This document shows positions 47,858 through 57,469 of a stretch of DNA of 64,000 bases, piece after piece. The stretch lies in IMG/VR virus record IMGVR_UViG_3300026189_000002, positions 1 to 64,000 of that record; one strand, given 5' to 3'. This DNA comes from a virus. Each line of letters begins with the position of its first letter. The first letter of the stretch is position 1. Both the position numbers and the translations under genes were made by a program. The notes beneath the pieces were generated by a model that searched no databases, was not told where the DNA came from, and saw nothing but the letters and a program-made list of their open reading frames with translations.

Positions 47858-48526
47858 ATGGCTAGGCTATTTATTACGGCTAGAGAAATAGATTTAATAT
47901 CTGACCTTACTAAAGAAGTAATCAAAGATGTTTCTGGCCAAAAAGTTTTTTATTACAGAGTAAGAGAAGACTTAACAGACGTTCACGAGATTTACGAAGA
48001 AGCAGAAAATAAAGTATTTGATCCACCAGTAGAAATAGAAGCCCGCGTAGAGTATCAGCCCGGAATAATAAAAACCAACAGGTTCGGCAACGAGGAAATA
48101 GATACGATAAATGTTTTTTTCCACGAGAGAGATATAATAGACAAAGATTTAGAAATAAGAATGGGCGATTACTTTAGTTACGGAGAAGTTTTTTTTGAAA
48201 TAACTAGCGCAGTAGTAGAGTCAAACATTTTTGGACAAATAGAGCACTCTATAGGCATAAAGGTTATAGGAAAGCAGGCAAGAAAAGGTGCTATAGACTT
48301 TACCGCTTTAGGTCCTACTCAAAATGGAATAGAGGAAAACAAAGTAGTACAAGAAGAATTTGAACAACAAAGAGGGCTAAAAGAAAATTCTTCAGGAGAA
48401 ACAAACGACGTTAGGGCTTTACAAGAAAAAGGAAAAGTTGATCCTGTTAAAGAGCCGGCTAAAGTAAAAAATCAAAAGACTAAAGATTCCGGAACAACAG
48501 AATCATTTTTTTACGGGGATAGATAA
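47858..48526 (+). CDS. gp14: Neck/head completion protein (T4 gp14-like)
   Basis: GQKVFYY...IYEEA...FD.PVEI...GDYF...FFEI. Follows gp13. Confidence 0.7.
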   Translation: MARLFITAREIDLISDLTKEVIKDVSGQKVFYYRVREDLTDVHEIYEEAENKVFDPPVEIEARVEYQPGIIKTNRFGNEEIDTINVFFHERDIIDKDLEIRMGDYFSYGEVFFEITSAVVESNIFGQIEHSIGIKVIGKQARKGAIDFTALGPTQNGIEENKVVQEEFEQQRGLKENSSGETNDVRALQEKGKVDPVKEPAKVKNQKTKDSGTTESFFYGDR

Positions 48527-49683
48527 TGACTACAAGAACGTTTAAAAATAATGGTATATTTGCAGTCCCTGCTAGAACCACAGAATATTCTATTCCCGAA
48601 GATTTTGATATACCAAACTGCACTGTAGAAGACGTTGATCGAGCCGTGTTTAATCTTTTTGAAAAGGAGCTTCCTTTTACTTATAGCCATAAATCCGGAT
48701 CAAAAAAAGTACCTGTTATATTTGCTACTGGAGAAAGATTTGCGGTGCTAAGAAGAAAAAAGCCGCTTAGAGATAAGGCAGGCGCTCTCATACTTCCGTT
48801 AATCTCTATAATGAGGACAGGCATATCTCAAGTGCCCACCATGGGATCTGCAACAAACCAAAGCACTCCTATGACTATCAAAAGAAGGCTTTCTAGCGAA
48901 GACCCATTTTATCAAAGAATTATAAATAAACAAGGAATAAAAAACTCCGACGATTTTTCTGTTTCTTCTAAAAAAGAAGTTTTTGCATCTGCAGACGGTC
49001 CAATGGGACTAGCATCCGGCGGAGGTGTGGTAAGCTTCTCAGGCGTTTTAGATGTTTCCGGCTCTGCTAGACTAATAAACTCAGAAAAAGGTTTAGACCA
49101 AAACATATTTGAATTTATTACTTTGCAGCCTCCTAGATATTATACGGCAAGTTATGAAGTGACTTTTTGGACTCAGTATACTACGCAAATGAATGACATG
49201 ATGATGAGCATGATGTCGCTATATCAATCTTTTTCTCAAAGAACATTTAAGTTATCGACTGAAAAAGGTTACTGGTTCGTTGCTTACGTTGGCGAAGAGT
49301 TTAGTCCAAGTAGCAACTTTGAAGAATTTACAGACGAAGAGAGATTAGTTAAACATTCTTTTACTATTAACGTGCCTGCTTATTTAGTAGGTTCTGTAGT
49401 GCCAGGTGGTCAAAAATTATTGAGAAAATCTTATTCCGCAACATCTTTAAGTTTTGGAATAGAAACGGTTCATAAAGTTTCTTCTAAAAAAGCACCGGCC
49501 GGTATACAGTCTGGAAACGTTAATGATTATACTTTAGAAGATATAAGGACTACTGATGAACCGCTTCCGGGCCAGTCTATAGCTGGTTCAGATTCAGACG
49601 CAGAGGTAGATACTAGAGGCCCGAATAAAGACACAACGAAAGAAGTGGAAATAGTTGCAGGCACTATTTCTAGAAATTCTTAA
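48526..49683 (+). CDS. gp15: Tail terminator/sheath stabilizer (T4 gp15-like)
   Basis: VPVIFATGERF, ILPLISI.RT, P...YEVTFWT, F...VPAYL. Precedes the sheath genes. Confidence 0.7.
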   Translation: MTTRTFKNNGIFAVPARTTEYSIPEDFDIPNCTVEDVDRAVFNLFEKELPFTYSHKSGSKKVPVIFATGERFAVLRRKKPLRDKAGALILPLISIMRTGISQVPTMGSATNQSTPMTIKRRLSSEDPFYQRIINKQGIKNSDDFSVSSKKEVFASADGPMGLASGGGVVSFSGVLDVSGSARLINSEKGLDQNIFEFITLQPPRYYTASYEVTFWTQYTTQMNDMMMSMMSLYQSFSQRTFKLSTEKGYWFVAYVGEEFSPSSNFEEFTDEERLVKHSFTINVPAYLVGSVVPGGQKLLRKSYSATSLSFGIETVHKVSSKKAPAGIQSGNVNDYTLEDIRTTDEPLPGQSIAGSDSDAEVDTRGPNKDTTKEVEIVAGTISRNS

Positions 49684-49835
49684 AAAGAGTTATATTTTTA
49701 TTTGATATAACCGATTAAAGTTCCTGCTGAAAGATATTTAATATTAATGAGTGGATCCGTGCATAAGGTTCGTAGAATTTTTAACCTTTTGCTCAATACT
49801 TATTCAACGAAGATACACGCGCTCGAGGAGATATA

Positions 49836-52800
49836 ATGGCTGAGCAGACATTCAGATCACCGGGATTTTTTGAAAGAGAACTTGATAGATCGGCACCGAC
49901 TGTCACACCTAACAACGCTGTACCAGCGGGTATAATAGGAACTTCTGAGAAGGGTCCGGCCTTCGTTCCAGTTACGGTTGGAAATAAAAACGATTTCAAA
50001 AATAAGTTTGGTAACAACAACATTTATAGATTTGGTCCATACGCGGCAGAAGCCATGTTTGGAAAAAACCAAAAGGCTATTACCTTTATCAGGGTTTTAG
50101 GTGCAGGTGCAAACGATAGTGTAACTGATATATCAAACACATTAACACAAGGAACAGTTAAAAACGCGGGCTTTGTTTTAAAAGGAAATGATGGCCACAG
50201 TGATGCCCATGTTCCTCCTAGAAGCAATTTAGGGGACCCGAACTCACCAACGCAGACGCTGGCTAACTTGGGCTCTAGAAAAATAGGTTCGATACAGTTC
50301 TTGACTGCTATACACAGCGTAAATGACGCAGAGCCCCAAGGATTTCCTATTTTTACAGATAATAGAAGTACTCCTATGAATGCATCTGTACCTGACGGCG
50401 TCGCTGACGGAGATGTCTCACTTCTTCGTGCAGTATTAATGACTCCAAGCGGTTCTACATTTTTAGTCGGCGATCACGACGCAGCTACAGCAGACGACTA
50501 CTTTGATACAGCTAGCACCGGTGACGTGAATCAGTTTAAGCTTCTTTTGACTTCTTCTTCCGGGGCTGGACTTGGATCTGATTTAAATGCAGGGTCTAGA
50601 CTGTTTGATATATCTTTAGACCCTAACGCTGACAACTATATTTCTAGAGTATTAAACACGAACCCTCTTAAGTTTCAAGAAGAGGAGCACTTACTTTACT
50701 TAGATTTTGCTGTAGAAAATGAAATTGCTCCAGTTAAAACCGGTGGTGGTGCAGCAAATAATAGAAACGGGTCAACAGTAGCTTTGCTGATGGGTTCTAA
50801 TAACAATACCGCAGCCGGCGGAATTAGCAATTCTCCATTTAGGGATCTCTTTGGAAGATATGATACCAGATATCAAACGGCTAGAACATCCGCATTTATA
50901 TCTCAGCCCTATGGATCCAAAGAATACGAGCTTTTTCATTTTGAAACAATAGACGACGGAGCATCTGCATCAGATGAATTTAAGGTATCTATAGCAAACT
51001 TGAGAGCGTCTAACGATGAATCTAATCCTTATGGAACTTTTGAGGTTCAAATAAGGTCTTTTTCTGATTCAGACAAAGGACCAGAAATATTAGAGCGATA
51101 TCCTTTTTGTAACTTAAATCCATCTTCAGACGACTTCGTCGCAAAAAAGATTGGAGACTATAAAGCAAGATATGACTTTGATCAAGCTGATCCTGATGAG
51201 CGTAGAATAGTAGTAACAGGAAGATATCCCAATATGTCTTCTAGAGTAAGAATTGTAATCAACGAAGATGTATATAGTTCTGAAGTTCCAAGTAATGCTC
51301 TGCCTTTTGGCTTTAAAGGAATCCCGGTTTTAAGAACGTCGAATACTTTAACAGATAGGTCGGCTAATCCTTTACCAGGAGGAACAGCTGAAGCAGCAAC
51401 AGCTAGACTCGCTGCTCCTTCATCAGGAATAGAAGCTGACGAGTCGCCGTTAGCACTTCAGCACGCAGTAGTGCCACCTCTTCCGTTTACTTTTAAAGTA
51501 ACTAGAGGCGAACTTTCACAAGCAGCAGGCGCTGCTTATTTATTCACTGGTATGCCCAGCGATACAGAAAGAGTTGACAGTGCTTACTACTGGGGAGTTA
51601 AAACAACACGCCTCCCGCGCGCTGTAGACGTAGGTAGCGATGCAACTGCTGTTAGAAGATCGAATGAGAGTTCTATAATTAACCCGTTGGTTAGAGCATA
51701 TACTAAATTTCAAGGAATAGAAAAGCTTGATGTTTTAGTAACAGGCTCTTCTAACGTAGACGATTTTAATGATAATAAGTTTACATTGGCCAGAGTGGCT
51801 TTTTCACAAACTGGAACTGACTTAGGATCTATACAAACAGATTTTTCTGGTTCAGCTAGAGAGCACATGAAAGATGCTGCCTACATAAGAAACGGGGAAC
51901 CTAACACAGTAACTTATACAGTAAACGACATAGACGCGAATGGACGACTTAACGGCGCTGTAGATAAGACAGACCGGTTTACGATGGCTAGCCTTTTAGC
52001 TACCAGTTCAATTATATTTAATAGATTTTCTTCTTACGCAAAATTTACTAACATATTCTACGGCGGTTTTGACGGCGTTAACATCCTGGATAGAGACCAG
52101 ACGTTTTTTAGAGATAGAGCTCTATCTGCAGACTCTGACGGAAAAGCTAGAAAGGTAACTGGCGCTCCTGAAATAGTAGATAACGGCATAGCTGTTTCTA
52201 GTGCGACTGAAAATCCATTTGGATCAGGAAGAAAAAACAATTACGTCGCTTCTATTAATAGAGCGATCGATATCATGACTGACCCTACTGCTACTCGCGT
52301 TAATATACTCGCAATACCAGGAGTAAGAGAGCCCTTTGTTACTGATCACGCATTAGAAAAAACAAAGCAATACGGCCAAGCACTATACGTCATGGATAGC
52401 ATTCAGTACGATGAGCTAGGAAACAGGTTATACGACGACTCCGCCGCTCGCCCGGACGTAAGAGAGACATCAGAAAAATTTGAGGCTAGAGGACTAGACA
52501 ATAATTACGGAGCTACTTATTTTCCAGACGTTTTTATAAGCGACCAAGATAACAACCAAGTCGTAAAAATGCCATCTAGTATCCCAGCTCTGGCTACTCT
52601 ATCAAATACGGACGATTTAAGAGCACCGTGGTTTGCTCCTGCTGGTTTTGCTAGAGGGGCATTAGATTTTGTTGTCAACGTAGACGTAAGATTATCTTCA
52701 GAAGACAGAGACGTCTTATACGACTCTAGAATCAACCCAATTGCGGTTTTTCCAAGAGCAGGCTTCGTAATTTTTGGTCAAAAAACTCTGCAGCAAGCTA

Positions 52801-53126
52801 AATCTGCTCTAGATAGAGTTAACGTCAGAAGATTAATGGTAGAAGTAAAAAGAAAGATTGTAGGAATTGCCCTAAATCTTCTTTTTGAGCCTAACAATGG
52901 AACCACGAGAGCAACATTTATTTCTGAAGCAGCGAGCGCTTTAGCAAATATACAACTCGGTGCAGGCATAGAGTCATTTAATATTGTTATGGATGATTCA
53001 AATAATTCACAGGAGGACATAGATTCAAACCGCCTAAACGGTAGAATCGAAGTTGTTCCTACTCGTGCCGTAGAGTTTATAGCAATCGACTTTGTTATAA
53101 CAAATAGCGGCGTAGAGTTTAATTAA
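49836..53126 (+). CDS. gp18: Tail sheath protein paralog 1
   Basis: FRSPGFFERELD, KGPAFVP, GGFDG, PWFAPAG..RG, LY..RINPI, FGQKTL, RVNVRRL, FEPN, EFIAIDF. Confidence 0.93.
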   Translation: MAEQTFRSPGFFERELDRSAPTVTPNNAVPAGIIGTSEKGPAFVPVTVGNKNDFKNKFGNNNIYRFGPYAAEAMFGKNQKAITFIRVLGAGANDSVTDISNTLTQGTVKNAGFVLKGNDGHSDAHVPPRSNLGDPNSPTQTLANLGSRKIGSIQFLTAIHSVNDAEPQGFPIFTDNRSTPMNASVPDGVADGDVSLLRAVLMTPSGSTFLVGDHDAATADDYFDTASTGDVNQFKLLLTSSSGAGLGSDLNAGSRLFDISLDPNADNYISRVLNTNPLKFQEEEHLLYLDFAVENEIAPVKTGGGAANNRNGSTVALLMGSNNNTAAGGISNSPFRDLFGRYDTRYQTARTSAFISQPYGSKEYELFHFETIDDGASASDEFKVSIANLRASNDESNPYGTFEVQIRSFSDSDKGPEILERYPFCNLNPSSDDFVAKKIGDYKARYDFDQADPDERRIVVTGRYPNMSSRVRIVINEDVYSSEVPSNALPFGFKGIPVLRTSNTLTDRSANPLPGGTAEAATARLAAPSSGIEADESPLALQHAVVPPLPFTFKVTRGELSQAAGAAYLFTGMPSDTERVDSAYYWGVKTTRLPRAVDVGSDATAVRRSNESSIINPLVRAYTKFQGIEKLDVLVTGSSNVDDFNDNKFTLARVAFSQTGTDLGSIQTDFSGSAREHMKDAAYIRNGEPNTVTYTVNDIDANGRLNGAVDKTDRFTMASLLATSSIIFNRFSSYAKFTNIFYGGFDGVNILDRDQTFFRDRALSADSDGKARKVTGAPEIVDNGIAVSSATENPFGSGRKNNYVASINRAIDIMTDPTATRVNILAIPGVREPFVTDHALEKTKQYGQALYVMDSIQYDELGNRLYDDSAARPDVRETSEKFEARGLDNNYGATYFPDVFISDQDNNQVVKMPSSIPALATLSNTDDLRAPWFAPAGFARGALDFVVNVDVRLSSEDRDVLYDSRINPIAVFPRAGFVIFGQKTLQQAKSALDRVNVRRLMVEVKRKIVGIALNLLFEPNNGTTRATFISEAASALANIQLGAGIESFNIVMDDSNNSQEDIDSNRLNGRIEVVPTRAVEFIAIDFVITNSGVEFN

Positions 53127-53164
53127 AATAGTATTTAAGGAATGAGGATTTTAGGAGACACTAA

Positions 53165-56100
53165 ATGGCAGAGTTAACATTCAAGAGTCCAGGAGTAAGC
53201 ACAAGAGAGATAGACCATTCGGGTCCTACTCCACAATCACCCACGGGTGTACCGGCCGGAATTATAGGCCCCTCAGTTAGAGGGCCTGCATTTGTTCCAG
53301 TCACTGTCGCAACATTTCAGGACTTTGTTAACAAGTTCGGTAACGCTGATGGTAAAAAGTTTGGTCCTATAGCCATGAATGAGTGGTTAAACAATGCTGG
53401 ATCAGGAACTTATGTTAGAGTCTTAGGCGTTGGAGATGGAAAAAAGAGAAACGCTGATGGAACTGTAACAAACGCAGGCTTTGTTGTTGGATCTGATAAG
53501 CCGCAAGAAAACGGTTTGATAGGAAACAACGAGTATGCAGAAAGCGGAAGCGTTCCAGCAGTTACAGCTAAAGCCCACCTAGAAACAGCTGGAGTTGCTA
53601 GTGCTGAAGTAGACATAGACGTTGGTAATGCAGACAACGCCCGCTCAACTTTAACACTAGAGGATACAGAAGGCAATTCTTCTGAGTTTATGTTTGTTAA
53701 TTCTGAGTCTCCTCGGGTTGTATTAACTTCCGGTACAGCAATTCAGGCCGACGACCCTATAGACGCTCTCGCCGGCGAGAATCCCGCAGCCGGGGATACA
53801 GCTCAAGCGAATGATGCAGGCCGTATTGCAATAGCTCCTATAGGAACAGGGGGATCTGCACCAACCGCATCTATAAGACTAAAGCAAAGCGATCCCGCAA
53901 GTTTAGACGCACTGGCGGTTGACGACGGATCTTCTTTCGACATTGATATACCAGCTGCTGCTCCAAGCTCGGTCTCTGGAACGCTTACTATTAAGTTTGT
54001 AGCTGAAGCCAGCGTTACTTTAGACCAAGCAACCGATGGCGAGTTGAATACAGTTATAATAGTAACAGACAAGGATGACGGAGCCGACGGCTCGGAAGAA
54101 AACGCATTAAGATTAATCAAAGCAATTTTAGAAGGAACTGACATTACCACGGTGCAGCGCGAAGATGGCGTTACTAATTTCGATAATGCTTCAGTTCTTT
54201 ACGCTTCTACAGGCGCTGTCGGTAGATTAGGACAAAACGATTACGGCCTAAGCGCTACGATAACAAGCCAAGTGCCTAACGGGGCCGGCGATGCAGTCGA
54301 GACTGGTGCTTCTATTGCAATTGCTTCTGTAGTAACCAGTACTTTGGCTCATAGAATAAGCATACAGACTGCGAATAACGACGCTGTACTGTCTATGGGG
54401 CCTGATGCTGCTGGATTACAAGCAGTAGAAGCCGCTGAAGCGACCACTCAAAACCTGGTTGGCGCTGTTATTACAAACGCAAACTTGCTAAGCGCAATAA
54501 AAGATGCTGTAAACGCTCAAGCCGGATTAAATATTACAGCCGGAAATGTAGACGGTAATGTCCTTCAGTTAGATCAAGACACTGCAGGCGACACTACAAC
54601 TGCAATCGGTCAGACTGGGACTTTCGATGGAGACGATACTTTGATTGTTGCCGGCGGAACAAAAGCTGCACCTGCAGAAAATGCAGCAAATCGATTTGGC
54701 GGTGGCGACGACGGAGTAGCTGCTGCAGATTTATACGCCGGAAGAACATACGTTTTAGGCGCATTTATGGTAGACGCCAACAGCAGCGGTCTGCTAGCTG
54801 ACGCTGGAATTACCAATAACGCCGGCGGAGGTGCCCCTGTAGCTCGTGGTATTTTAATGTGCCCAGCAGGCGTTATACCTTCAATAAAGTCTGTTAGAAA
54901 TTCAAATACGACCCCACAAGGAGTTCACACACAGGATTTAACAGCAGCCAATAGAAATCCAACCAATCACGATTCTCCTGGGTCTTACCCTAGGTTTGGA
55001 CCTAACTTTATGGCAGGAAATGAAGTAGGGGATTTAAATGATGATCTAACTACTTTTGACCTTTACCTTAACGGACTAAAGATTACGGGCAACGAATATA
55101 TTAACAGCCGCACTTTAAAAATCTCCTTTGATCCAGATCAGCCCTCTTATTTTGTTAACAAATTAAATACTGATCCAAGCAAGATCGAAGAGATGGGCCA
55201 CTATCTCTATATGCACTTTGATATAAGCAAGCAATTTGCAACAATTGAAAACAGCGACGGCGTCAATGCAAATGACGACAATTCTGGAAGGCATGCCGTT
55301 TTCTGTTTACCTACTCAACAGCTTAGGGATACAAGCGTACCAAGCGCTAACGACCTTATCGGTGTTCCTAACCTGGAGTCTTTTGAGGATAGATATTCAA
55401 CTGCAGTTTCACCTTTTGTTATATCTCAAAAGTTCGGTGGAAGAAATAGAGACCTGTTTAGGTTCCACGCTTTAGATGATGGCGCTGTTGGGGCTGGAGC
55501 TTATAAGATAACCATAGAAAATATAACATCCTCCAGATCGGGCGCTAATCCTTTTGGAAAATTTGACGTATTGGTAAGAAAGTTTGACGATACGGATAAA
55601 ACCCCGTTTGTTTTAGAAGCTTATAGGGGCGTCAATATCGACCCTTCATCGGATCGTTATATAGCAAAAGTCATAGGCGATACTCACGCCTATTACGATT
55701 TTGATAAGAGTGCCGCAAGTCAAAAACTAGTTATATCGGGAAGATATGATAACAACTCTTCTTATGTACGCGTAGAAGTTTCTGACGATTTACTAAACAA
55801 CAACATAGATAATACGGCTTTACCATTTGGGTTTCGAGGGTTAAACCACATGGTTTTTGACGGAACTGCTAAAGTAAATGCAAACGCAGGCGGAAATACC
55901 GGCTGTTCATCTATATTGGATCACGGTGATTGCGACACCGGTATCAAAGTAGACTTTCAGACTGTAAAGATGCCTCCTGTGCCTATGAGAGAAAGATTGT
56001 CGGTTGGAACAGGCGTAAAGAAATCACTGGATTCTGATTTAACGTGGGGAGTTCAGTTTGAAGTTAAACCTAATCCTGCCGAGCCTAATGCTGGAAAGAA

Positions 56101-57451
56101 GATAGATGCATCTATACTTTCTCACGTAAGATTTATGCCATCTTTTGATACAACGGGATTAAAGTCTTCTGTAGGAAATAACGCTGGAGTCGCAGACATA
56201 GCAGGGGCTATATTGGATTCCGATCGTTATAACAACAATAAATTCTCTTTAGAAAATATAGCTGTTATACTCTCAGGGGATAAACCTGACAAAGAGCTTT
56301 GGGCTTATAGCAGATATATTAGAAACGGCGTTAACCCAGGAACTCTAGACGATGATGAGGGCGTTGCTCAAGTAGCTAGGTTAATAATCCCTTCGGATCT
56401 AGAAAACAATGCTGTTACAAAATACATGAAGTTTACACTACCTTTGACTGGTGGATTTGACGGAACAGATAAATTTGTTAAGTCTAAGGTTGAATTTACT
56501 AATGAAGCTGTTCACAACGAATCTTCAGATCCTAATGAAAATTCTGTAAGCTCTGCCACTATAGCCTCTTATAGAAAAGCAATTGACGTTATGGAAGAAA
56601 GAGCGGATGTTGATATTCAGTTGCTTTCTGTTCCTGGAATAAGGAATCCAAAGGTAACAGATTACGCAATGGAATCTGTAGAAAGACGATTCGACGCGCT
56701 GTATATTATGGATATAGAAGAAAGAGACGCGCAAAATAATGTTATTCTTTCTGATGCGCCTGTTTCTGTTTCAAACACGGTTGCTGGATTTTTAAATAGA
56801 GATATCGACAGCTCTTTTGCTGCCGCGTATGCTCCGGATGTTATTATAAAAGATCCAGGAACCGGCACAAACGTAAAATGTCCCCCGTCCGTTGCAGTAC
56901 TGGGAGCTATCAGCTTAAACGATACCATAAAACATCCTTGGTTTGCGCCTGCTGGATTTAACAGGGCGTCTTTACCTTCTACAGTTGAAGTAAATACTAG
57001 GCTCAACAGATCAAATTTAGATGATCTATATGATGCAAAAATAAACCCAATAACTAAGTTCCCTGCAGCTGCTGGTACAACTCAGGCTAACCCTGTTATA
57101 TGGGGCCAAAAGACTCTTCTTGCAGCTCCGTCTGCTTTAGATAGAATAAATGTAAGAAGGCTTTTAATAAATGTAAGAAGAAAAGTCAGGGCTGAAGCAA
57201 ACAAAATATTGTTTGAACCAAATAGAGAAAGTACACTAGCACAGTTTAGCGCTGCGGTTAATCCGATATTAGCTGATATACAAGCTAATCAGGGTGTCGA
57301 TAGATTTAAGGTCGTTATTGATACTTCAACGACAACTCAAGCGGATGTAGAGAATAATACCATTAGGGGCAAAATATTCTTGCAGCCGACTAGATCGCTA
57401 GAATTTGTTAGTTTAGACTTTGTTGTTAAAAATGCAGGCGCTGACATTTAA
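53165..57451 (+). CDS. gp18: Tail sheath protein paralog 2 (large N-proximal insertion)
   Basis: FKSPGVSTREID, RGPAFVP, PWFAPAG, INPI, WGQKTL, RINVRRL, FEPN, EFVSLDF. Confidence 0.93.
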   Translation: MAELTFKSPGVSTREIDHSGPTPQSPTGVPAGIIGPSVRGPAFVPVTVATFQDFVNKFGNADGKKFGPIAMNEWLNNAGSGTYVRVLGVGDGKKRNADGTVTNAGFVVGSDKPQENGLIGNNEYAESGSVPAVTAKAHLETAGVASAEVDIDVGNADNARSTLTLEDTEGNSSEFMFVNSESPRVVLTSGTAIQADDPIDALAGENPAAGDTAQANDAGRIAIAPIGTGGSAPTASIRLKQSDPASLDALAVDDGSSFDIDIPAAAPSSVSGTLTIKFVAEASVTLDQATDGELNTVIIVTDKDDGADGSEENALRLIKAILEGTDITTVQREDGVTNFDNASVLYASTGAVGRLGQNDYGLSATITSQVPNGAGDAVETGASIAIASVVTSTLAHRISIQTANNDAVLSMGPDAAGLQAVEAAEATTQNLVGAVITNANLLSAIKDAVNAQAGLNITAGNVDGNVLQLDQDTAGDTTTAIGQTGTFDGDDTLIVAGGTKAAPAENAANRFGGGDDGVAAADLYAGRTYVLGAFMVDANSSGLLADAGITNNAGGGAPVARGILMCPAGVIPSIKSVRNSNTTPQGVHTQDLTAANRNPTNHDSPGSYPRFGPNFMAGNEVGDLNDDLTTFDLYLNGLKITGNEYINSRTLKISFDPDQPSYFVNKLNTDPSKIEEMGHYLYMHFDISKQFATIENSDGVNANDDNSGRHAVFCLPTQQLRDTSVPSANDLIGVPNLESFEDRYSTAVSPFVISQKFGGRNRDLFRFHALDDGAVGAGAYKITIENITSSRSGANPFGKFDVLVRKFDDTDKTPFVLEAYRGVNIDPSSDRYIAKVIGDTHAYYDFDKSAASQKLVISGRYDNNSSYVRVEVSDDLLNNNIDNTALPFGFRGLNHMVFDGTAKVNANAGGNTGCSSILDHGDCDTGIKVDFQTVKMPPVPMRERLSVGTGVKKSLDSDLTWGVQFEVKPNPAEPNAGKKIDASILSHVRFMPSFDTTGLKSSVGNNAGVADIAGAILDSDRYNNNKFSLENIAVILSGDKPDKELWAYSRYIRNGVNPGTLDDDEGVAQVARLIIPSDLENNAVTKYMKFTLPLTGGFDGTDKFVKSKVEFTNEAVHNESSDPNENSVSSATIASYRKAIDVMEERADVDIQLLSVPGIRNPKVTDYAMESVERRFDALYIMDIEERDAQNNVILSDAPVSVSNTVAGFLNRDIDSSFAAAYAPDVIIKDPGTGTNVKCPPSVAVLGAISLNDTIKHPWFAPAGFNRASLPSTVEVNTRLNRSNLDDLYDAKINPITKFPAAAGTTQANPVIWGQKTLLAAPSALDRINVRRLLINVRRKVRAEANKILFEPNRESTLAQFSAAVNPILADIQANQGVDRFKVVIDTSTTTQADVENNTIRGKIFLQPTRSLEFVSLDFVVKNAGADI

Positions 57452-57469
57452 TAGTTAAAAGGGTTATCT

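Noticed and set aside
57145-57180. 15-nt direct repeat AATAAATGTAAGAAG
   Set aside because: It only encodes INVRR-LL-INVRR within the conserved sheath motif and shows no evidence of separate function.
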